Assembly: GCA_040285855.1 (NCBI GenBank)
Contig: JAUFOQ010000016.1
Span: 1-64,000, forward strand
Source: Eukaryota sp. GEM-RC1
Taxonomy: Eukaryota
Reading direction: 5' to 3'
Length of the DNA: 64,000 bases
Position numbers and translations under genes: made by a program. The notes beneath the pieces are model-generated. The model was not told the origin of the DNA. It saw only the letters and a list, made by a program, of their open reading frames with translations, and ran no database searches. Shown here in pieces: positions 55,463-64,000 of this stretch; within the stretch, counting starts at the first letter, position 1; each line of letters opens with the position of its first letter.

Positions 55463-56185
55463 TCAACTTTCTTGACTAGGAGCATGCTGAACGTACTTCA
55501 TTATCTCTGGTGGAATAATGCTGATATCAACAATCTCGGCTGATTCGTACACCAACTTTATCTTTATCCAAGCGTTATTCGGCAACGAGATTGTTGGATG
55601 CACTTCTTCCAAGTCACCAACACTAATACACCTCAGTTCTTCGTCCATATTAATCTTTACATACGAGTTGTACTGGTGTTTTGTCAGTTCGGGAGTTATT
55701 CTGACAAACAATAAGTCTTGATCCATTAAAATTTTCTGCAAGCAACCAGAAGTGATAGGTTTCCCTTTTATCCTGTGTGTATTGCTGGCTTCTTCTTTTC
55801 TGAGTGACAGCTCAATTCCTGTCTCTGGAATCTTGACTTTGTGTTCTACATCTTGTGTGTCAAAGTATGACTGTAGAAAAAGTGCAAGACATTGAGGAGT
55901 AGCGTACTTGATTAGTCTAAGGTATACTTTCTTAATGTCAACATAAAGATAGTTTGACGATCTTTTGAAAGAGCCATACCTTAATTGAAGATCATACGTG
56001 TCATAACCAGCTAGCTGGTTCCAAGACCATGTGGGATCTGTTGCCACTCTTGGTTGTTTTAAAGCAGGAGCTGATAGATCACCAGGAAGTTGACGTTCTT
56101 GGGGGAGAGATGTAGCAATATTAGAACGGAAATTGTGCCGGTAAATTGTATGTTTGCAATCTTCTTGTTGTAGAAACGTGATCGG
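55463..56185 (-). CDS. ORF C copy, unit 11 (open)
   Basis: 194-aa tracked ORF, variant ending SQES. Confidence 0.58.
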   Translation of the reverse strand, partial: PITFLQQEDCKHTIYRHNFRSNIATSLPQERQLPGDLSAPALKQPRVATDPTWSWNQLAGYDTYDLQLRYGSFKRSSNYLYVDIKKVYLRLIKYATPQCLALFLQSYFDTQDVEHKVKIPETGIELSLRKEEASNTHRIKGKPITSGCLQKILMDQDLLFVRITPELTKHQYNSYVKINMDEELRCISVGDLEEVHPTISLPNNAWIKIKLVYESAEIVDISIIPPEIMKYVQHAPSQES

Positions 56186-58643
56186 TTATAATTACGTGAA
56201 ATTAGTTTTGCCAATAATTTATCGAAATAAGTCATTGAACTGTTCTCGTAGTATTTAACTGAGATATTAATTTAGGAGTTTTACACAAGAACTTGTGAAG
56301 TTTTACATCAGACTTGTGAAGTTCTTCACTAGTAACATTGTTCACAAGACTTGTGATATTTTTCACAAGACTAGTGAAGTTTCTCACTGTACCCTCAAAA
56401 GTGACTTTGTTGTGAGAATTTTCACTATGACTTTTGTAAATCAGTACATTGATATTTTTCACAAGACTACTGTGCCGATATCTAGATACGGAACTGAAGG
56501 AATACTTTATTAAGTCAAATAGACAGACTAAAACTATTGATGACGTGTCATAGTGTCATTCTGAAACTTCACTACTTTCGAGGAGTATGATTTCTTACAT
56601 TTCCTCTCTTCACTGGAAGTAGCTTTATCTGATTCTATTACAGTACTGCAGTACTGGAGATAGAGAATCATTTCTATATAACATATGGAACCGAGAGTTG
56701 AGTTCGAGCATCAGTCGAACATACTGGACACAGCTGAAGAGAAGAAGGAACAAGATCAGTAGAAAACGTTGAGCATACAACAACAGTAACTGACTGAAAT
56801 GATCGAATCTAAAATCAAAACAAGAGATCAGACAGTGATATTGAGCTTGATGACAAACTCAATCCTTCATTCCTTACCAATGGCCGAGATGAAGAGTGTT
56901 TAGAGACTTAGAGAGACTGCATAAGTATTGGGATTCATGGAGTTCTAGCACGATGTCAATATTTTGTAGAAGCGGTAGCGAAAGACGACCAGGGAGAGTC
57001 AACAATGTCTTGACAAGGATCAAATGTGTTGAGAATGTTGATGAAACAAAACAATATTGTGGATATCATAAGTACTGTCAAAGAAGAAGTCCTGTTTGAT
57101 GCCGCATTGATGAGTCAGCATACAACTCTTGATGCCTCTCCATAAGTCATGAACCATAAATCGTGAACAGGGGATATAGGTGTAATAGGAATTAATAAAT
57201 TTGGTTCATCTCTTTGCAATACTCAAGAAATATCAGGGAGATCCAGATCAGGGACACTTTGATACCTTGATGAAAGAACACACTAGAACAAATGGTTGGC
57301 CTTCCCCATATACCATCGGATTGGTTCAAAGGGAGCTAAAAATTGTTGAATAAGAAGAAGAAGGTTTGACATCAACACTGCAAATGTCTTTCGATGGAAT
57401 CTCGCACCGTTCTAGTTGTTCCTAGAAGGTTGTGACGAGTAGAAATCAACATGATTCGTTGACTAACTGAACTTTTATTATGTATCTAGGTGACTGAAAG
57501 TAAAACTATACTACACAGTGTTACACCGATACGATACGTATCGAACATTACAACATCAACTAAAATAGAAACATACTCATGCGAAGGTAGAGAGGGATTT
57601 CGATTGGCACGCAGAATTCATGTTGAATAATTCATTTTTGGCATTCAAGTTGAAAGATCAGAAATTGTTCATCGTGTTTTTCATTAGCTATTACTGTGTT
57701 TTTGCAGTTCTATTCGGTGGAAGAAGGAATTTCTTCCATTCAGAACTTCAGAACTTCTTTGAATTAACTTTAAAAATAACTTTTTTTTTTTTTGAAAAAT
57801 TTAAAACTCCTGAATTATTCTAAAAAATACAATAATCATTAATAATTTTTATATAAATGCTGTCAAAATTTCAAATTGCAAAGTCGTCTCTAAATTTGAA
57901 ACGTATCGATCCTGAACGAAAGTTTTTCATTAGTCGTAAATCGATACGTTTCAAGTTTAGGGAAGTTAATACAATAAATGAAATATCCTACATTATACAG
58001 AAAAATATACTGATTTTAGTGATGTTCATGACATCAATCAAATTTGATTGAATTAATTTTGAAAACTATTTGAAAAGAAATAAGCTTAACTATATAAAAA
58101 TCAATATATCATCTTAGAAGAACGTTCATAATCACTATTGTTTTAGTAACAACTAATTATGTGTATTAAGACTATTGAAAAATGGTAAGAAAAAGAACTT
58201 TATAAATTAGAACATATACAATCACTTACCAGCGTAAGTCTATACACATAACAGGCCATTCAGCATATCATTGTTCACAGTAATGAACATTATGACGACA
58301 ACAGTTAGGAAGAGTGTTTCGATCAAGAGTCATCGAAGGCTATTGTTGAATAGAATGTTGCAATATCTTTTGTAAAAGTTTACAATTTGACAAATAAAGT
58401 ACCTTTGTAATTTTTCTATAAATCGTAACCCTAAGAGTAATCCTAAAAAGAAATTCAGAATACAAAATCGTAACCCTAAAACTGACCCTAAGAGTCACCC
58501 TTAAAAAGAAATTCAGATTTCAAAATCGTAATTCTAAGAGTGACCCTAAGAGTAACCCTAAAAAACATAGAGAAATAAGACATATAAGGTAAAATAATTT
58601 ATTGAAGAAAAGGAATACTATACAATTAACAAAATACACATTA

Positions 58644-59568
58644 TTATGTCTTTGGTTTCTTTGACTTTGGAGTTTTACTCCTTGTTGCTGGCCTTTTAAC
58701 AGGAAGATCAATTGGTTCTTGTGATTCGGTAATGTCAACAATTTCAGTATTTGATTCCTTTTTGAGATATTTTGTTAAACTTTGAGAATTTTCATCGGTT
58801 TCGTCAAGTTCTTCGGTTTCTTCTGTTTTCACGTCTTGTTCTTTGGGATGCTCATTAGTCAATGAGGACACAAAGCTTTCCTTGTCATCGGGACTGATTA
58901 GAATCAAATTTGGACCATTTTGGATCCAAAGAGCATTTTGTATAAATGATTGAGAATTTAGTTTGAAAGTCCGATCACTTTCAAATGGTTCAGGGAGAGG
59001 AGAAGGTGTTGCTGAAGAGAAATTTTTGATATGGACAGGGATCCATATTGATGTTTGCCAGCTATTAACCCCCATTTGGAGATGGCAGTTCAGATTAGTT
59101 CTAAACCTTTTGGGTTCAGAATAGATTCTAAAGTTAATTAATAAAAACAAAAATACATACTGAATGACGAAGTGTTGGCTTTAACTTTCTGAAGAAGGAG
59201 AATATGGCCATTGTCAGCGACAGACATAATGGCTTGTTGAATTGGCTGGTTCCAAATGACAAACTTCACTCTTTTGAAACCTTCCAAGCACCTGAAACCG
59301 ATAGAGCAGATTTTACTTTCTGCTTGTTTCTGGGTGTCTTTTTTCTTGAGTTAGAATTAAATGAATGAACATACAATAAATGACACATCACGAGTGTCAA
59401 TACTTACTATCCCTGCCTGGATAGTATGGAAAACAGGGATGGCTCTGACCATGAATGTTCTGGCCAGTCTACAGAGGTGAGCGATTTTACGGAATCGAAG
59501 GTCATGAGATGAAGATTATGATGGGACATAGACGATACATCGTATTTATAGTAGGCAACAAGTGACAT
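58644..59568 (-). CDS. Gene A copy, unit 12 (one G-run shift)
   Basis: Exons 2 and 3 as in unit 1; GGG instead of GGGG near 59436. Confidence 0.5.
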
Positions 59569-60049
59569 TACAAGTGTACATTGACGTCGTTGATTTTCGA
59601 GGAAGGTCAATCATGTCAATCATGTCACTTGTCAAATCGACTATAAATGGATCGAAACATCATTGCTTGAACATTATCTTCTCTATATGCCTCGTCCAAA
59701 GCCTCATATGAGTAACTGTATTAGATCAACCAAGCTTGTTTGTTTTGGTGGTTCTTCACCATTTACAAAGCAACAAATGTACAACAATCTGTGTATTCCA
59801 ACTCCCAGTCTAAAGAGCCTAATGAACCTGTTCAAGTGCTAATTTGAAAGAGTGATCAAAAGGTTCGCACCATCATTCAAAGTTGTAGGACATGTTGGAG
59901 ATGCTTTGATTGATGTAATAAATAAAGATAAGTCAGTCACTCATTTGCTCCATGAAACTGGAACGAAACTTTCGTACACTTTCTTCACCCTGTGTGATCA
60001 GCTGATTTGCGTGTTGGACAATGATATCTGAATAAGCGATATTCCCAAC

Positions 60050-60772
60050 TCAACTTTCTTGACTAGGAGCATGCTGAACGTACTTCATTATCTCTGGTGG
60101 AATAATGCTGATATCAACAATCTCGGCTGATTCGTACACCAACTTTATCTTTATCCAAGCGTTATTCGGCAACGAGATTGTTGGATGCACTTCTTCCAAG
60201 TCACCAACACTAATACACCTCAGTTCTTCGTCCATATTAATCTTTACATACGAGTTGTACTGGTGTTTTGTCAGTTCGGGAGTTATTCTGACAAACAATA
60301 AGTCTTGATCCATTAAAATTTTCTGCAAGCAACCAGAAGTGATAGGTTTCCCTTTTATCCTGTGTGTATTGCTGGCTTCTTCTTTTCTGAGTGACAGCTC
60401 AATTCCTGTCTCTGGAATCTTGACTTTGTGTTCTACATCTTGTGTGTCAAAGTATGACTGTAGAAAAAGTGCAAGACATTGAGGAGTAGCGTACTTGATT
60501 AGTCTAAGGTATACTTTCTTAATGTCAACATAAAGATAGTTTGACGATCTTTTGAAAGAGCCATACCTTAATTGAAGATCATACGTGTCATAACCAGCTA
60601 GCTGGTTCCAAGACCATGTGGGATCTGTTGCCACTCTTGGTTGTTTTAAAGCAGGAGCTGATAGATCACCAGGAAGTTGACGTTCTTGGGGGAGAGATGT
60701 AGCAATATTAGAACGGAAATTGTGCCGGTAAATTGTATGTTTGCAATCTTCTTGTTGTAGAAACGTGATCGG
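60050..60772 (-). CDS. ORF C copy, unit 12 (open)
   Basis: 194-aa tracked ORF identical to the unit 11 variant. Confidence 0.58.
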   Translation of the reverse strand, partial: PITFLQQEDCKHTIYRHNFRSNIATSLPQERQLPGDLSAPALKQPRVATDPTWSWNQLAGYDTYDLQLRYGSFKRSSNYLYVDIKKVYLRLIKYATPQCLALFLQSYFDTQDVEHKVKIPETGIELSLRKEEASNTHRIKGKPITSGCLQKILMDQDLLFVRITPELTKHQYNSYVKINMDEELRCISVGDLEEVHPTISLPNNAWIKIKLVYESAEIVDISIIPPEIMKYVQHAPSQES

Positions 60773-61599
60773 TTATAATTACGTGAAATTAGTTTTGCCA
60801 ATAATTTATCGAAATAAGTCATTGAACTGTTCTCGTAGTATTTAACTGAGATATTAATTTAGGAGTTTTACACAAGAACTTGTGAAGTTTTACATCAGAC
60901 TTGTGAAGTTCTTCACTAGTAACATTGTTCACAAGACTTGTGATATTTTTCACAAGACTAGTGAAGTTTCTCACTGTACCCTCAAAAGTGACTTTGTTGT
61001 GAGAATTTTCACTATGACTTTTGTAAATCAGTACATTGATATTTTTCACAAGACTACTGTGCCGATATCTAGATACGGAACTGAAGGAATACTTTATTAA
61101 GTCAAATAGACAGACTAAAACTATTGATGACGTGTCATAGTGTCATTCTGAAACTTCACTACTTTCGAGGAGTATGATTTCTTACATTTCCTCTCTTCAC
61201 TGGAAGTAGCTTTATCTGATTCTATTACAGTACTGCAGTACTGGAGATAGAGAATCATTTCTATATAACATATGGAACCGAGAGTTGAGTTCGAGCATCA
61301 GTCGAACATACTGGACACAGCTGAAGAGAAGAAGGAACAAGATCAGTAGAAAACGTTGAGCATACAACAACAGTAACTGACTGAAATGATCGAATCTAAA
61401 ATCAAAACAAGAGATCAGACAGTGATATTGAGCTTGATGACAAACTCAATCCTTCATTCCTTACCAATGGCCGAGATGAAGAGTGTTTAGAGACTTAGAG
61501 AGACTGCATAAGTATTGGGATTCATGGAGTTCTAGCACGATGTCAATATTTTGTAGAAGTGGTAGCGAAAGACGACCAGGGAGAGTCAACAATGTCTTG

Positions 61600-62050
61600 A
61601 CAAGGATCAAATGTGTTGAGAATGTTGATGAAACAAAACAATATTGTGGATATCATAAGTACTGTCAAAGAAGAAGTCCTGTTTGATTACGCATTGATGA
61701 GTCAGCATACAACTCTTGATGCCTCTCCATAAGTCATGAACCATAAATCGTGAACAGGGGATATAGGTGTAATAGGAATTAATAAATTTGGTTCATCTCT
61801 TTGCAATACTCAAGAAATATCAGGGAGATCCAGATCAGGGACACTTTGATACCTTGATGAAAGAACTGAGCCACATGCAGTAGCCAACCGACTGTGGCTT
61901 ACAACAGATTTCAATTTTGAGAAATATTGGTCCAGCTGGTTAAAAAATGCGAGACGCTCATCATATGTGTTGACCTGCGCCATTTGTACAAGGAAAGAGT
62001 GTTTTTGAGGCTAAATCCTATTCTACACTACTTCTTCCTCATTTGAGAGG
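61600..62050 (-). pseudogene. Degenerate coding remnant spanning the unique/array junction
   Basis: Frame MAQVNTYDERLAFFNQLDQYFSKLKSVVSHSRLATACGS|VLSSRYQSVPDLDLPDIS* (61983-61810) crosses the junction and continues with scattered TGA stops. Confidence 0.35.
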
Positions 62051-62506
62051 CAAGCGGATTCGGTAAGTAATTAGAAGTTTCTTCAGGTTGGACCATATTG
62101 ATTCTATGTTTTCTTCTCTGTGGACAATTAGAAGCAATATGTCCACCTCCGTTGCACCTGAAGTAGACCTGGTATTTGACCCGTCATAACCCGACCTGAC
62201 GGCTGACCTTTGCCGTTGACGTGACCCGACGGCTTCAATACTGCCGTCACCGTCCCGTCCGCCTGTCATCGACCCACTAGCGACGGATCGACGTCTTTCA
62301 GAAACTCTTTTACAACCACTGTGTAATTTTGGTGACAATTCACTTTTGCACAATTGATGTGACACATGGACGAACTAAAATGTTCTACATCACTATGAAG
62401 TCATCCAATTTCCTGACTCTAATATCGCATCATATCATACTACAGTAGTACAGTCTAAATGCGCTCATTTTGGTACTCACTATATCCAGAAGCGCACTAT
62501 ATAGAG

Positions 62507-63792
62507 CAGGGATTCCTAAAGTAGTCAACTTTTTCAGAATTAAAGTAAAGTAGTGTACACTACTTTACTTTACACTTTAACATACTTTAAGAATGTATAA
62601 AGTGATGCTGCATCTTACAATTTTGTTCTTCAATTATCTCTTCATTTTTATGACATCTCTTCCTTCTGAGGAATGGAAAACTCTCTGCGAAGTAGTGGAA
62701 GTAGTCTCTAGCACATGTGCCCGGTTCCGTTGTAAGCTGTGTGACGTCGTTCATTCTGTCAACAGGTGGACAATGGAAGGACATTTCTTACGTGACCTAC
62801 CTAAAAAGCGTCCCATCTCGCTCTGTACCAACATTGGACCTCCTGGTTCACAAAATGCGCTCAATGTTGCTGCTCTTAGACGATACGTAGAGACTCATTC
62901 CCGGGGGCGTAAGCGGAAGGCTTCTCAACAGTCTACACCTGAGACGAAACGAAATGACCTACAGCCCTTTCTTTCTCCCGTTCCTGAACCTCCTGTCGAT
63001 GAATCATCTACCGCGATTGTCATCTCTGAGTCTGATCCAAATACATCATCTCTTTCTCCGACTTCTGCTGTCACGGCTATTCCCCAGCCAACAATAGAAT
63101 CTACTATTCCCATTGCAATTTCCCCCAAGATCTGTAACTTAAAGCAGACAAAACTAAAGAAATTTTATCAAAAAAGTAGCAACCAAAATCTAGATGAAGT
63201 TTTTGCTCTCTATGCTCTAGGAGAAGGATTACCACTCACTAAAGTTTCTAAATCGACAAGGCTGCAAAATGTTATTGAAGGAGCTGTCGAGCATTATAAG
63301 CTGTACAACGAAGTTTTTGAATTACCATCTTATCAGAAATTGATGGACACAGTGGCTCCCAAAATTATTAAAAATGTTAAAAGACAAAGTACAGTCGACA
63401 TTGCTACCCTTTGCACTGGTTGGACTATAGTTATAGATGGATCAGAGATAAATTATAACAGTTTGATTAATTTCTGCCTTGTTGGTCCAAACAGGACAAT
63501 TTTTTACAAATGCATTGAATGCAATTATCAGTCAAAGACTGCAGAGTTCCTTAAAAATCTTTTTGTTTCAGTTCTCAACGAAATTGGTCCTGAATATGTA
63601 AATTTTATCATTACCGATGGAGCAGCAAATTATTTAAATGCAGCAACAGCTGTCCAAGATGTTTTCCCAGCCATCACAGGGATGCGGTGTAGCATTCACA
63701 CTCTCAATTTGTTTTTCAAGGACATTTGCTCGCCGACCTCAAATTACGTTGTGCCTTCAATTCGAAGTATTGTCGAAAAAGCCAACAAAGTA
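62507..63792 (+). mobile_element. hAT-superfamily DNA transposon, left part
   Basis: Begins CAGGGATTCCTAAAGTAG after candidate 8-bp TSD ATATAGAG. Subterminal 32-bp palindrome at 62541-62572, then a transposase ORF. Right end is outside the window. Confidence 0.75.
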
Positions 63793-63801
63793 CACCACTG
63801 A
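62650..63801 (+). pseudogene. hAT transposase (BED finger plus DUF659-type core), truncated by an insertion
   Basis: W...CKLC...H...C BED-type finger, GWTIVIDG, KTAEFL, IGPEYVNFIITDGAAN and CSIHTLNL (CxxH). The frame stops 9 nt inside the inserted element, so the C-terminal catalytic E and dimerisation domain are missing. Frame is open from 62593; ATG 62650 is the likely start. Confidence 0.88.
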
Positions 63802-64000
63802 CCTTAATTAATGTCACTGACATTAATTCCGAACGAACTTTTTGGAAGCCCAAACCCAAATTAATGTCACTGACATTAATTAGGAAGTGACATTAATTAT
63901 GGTGTGTCCAAATTAATGTCACTGACATTAATTCAGAAAGTTCCAAAATAATGTCACTAGATTTTGTTGAATCAAATCTGTTGTCGACGAGCGACTTATA
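63793..64000. mobile_element. Terminus of a second DNA element inserted at TA (Tc1/mariner-like or MITE)
   Basis: TA|CACCACTGACC start with abrupt loss of coding. 23-bp palindrome AATTAATGTCACTGACATTAATT at 63806, 63859 and 63911, plus half-sites. Confidence 0.6.

Larger units (their letters stand above)
858..61866. repeat. Subtelomeric tandem array: 12 full units of 4.6-5.1 kb plus one partial unit
   Basis: ATAATTACGTGAAATTAG recurs at 858, 8295, 13373, 18452, 23058, 27673, 32740, 37318, 41924, 46524, 51110, 56188 and 60775, and the same ORF set recurs. Unit lengths are 7437, 5078, 5079, 4606, 4615, 5067, 4578, 4606, 4600, 4586, 5078 and 4587. Identity ends at 61866. Confidence 0.98.

Noticed and set aside
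858..61866. Telomeric retrotransposon array (HeT-A/TART or Penelope-like) or Helitron tandem array
   Set aside because: No reverse transcriptase, endonuclease or Rep/helicase motifs seen, no poly(A) or CTRR end at the junctions, and the genes retain introns.
858..61866. rDNA, 5S or histone tandem array
   Set aside because: No recognisable rRNA, tRNA or histone sequence in the unit.

Overview
AT-rich eukaryotic chromosome end, probably a protist with very short introns (inference). Bases 1-842 are a telomere mixing CCCTAA and CCCTAAA, mostly alternating as a 13-mer. Bases 858-61866 are a head-to-tail array of 12 full units plus a ~1.1-kb partial unit, in long (~5.08 kb) and short (~4.6 kb, ~470-bp deletion) forms. 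Each unit has a dyad-symmetric 21-bp minisatellite, a stop-ridden coding remnant, a 21-bp-arm inverted repeat, an internal telomere-like tract, a spliced minus-strand gene (gene A) whose product reads by eye like an OB-fold ssDNA-binding domain, a divergent and damaged plus-strand paralogue (gene B), and a 240-codon orphan frame (ORF C). Only the telomere-adjacent unit carries a 2.1-kb Mutator/MULE insertion (9-bp TSD) and a 243-bp duplication. After the array come a short unique segment and a hAT transposon (BED finger plus DUF659-type core) interrupted at a TA by a palindrome-rich element. Many frame differences between copies fall in homopolymers and may be sequencing errors. No searches were run, so all family calls are motif reading.
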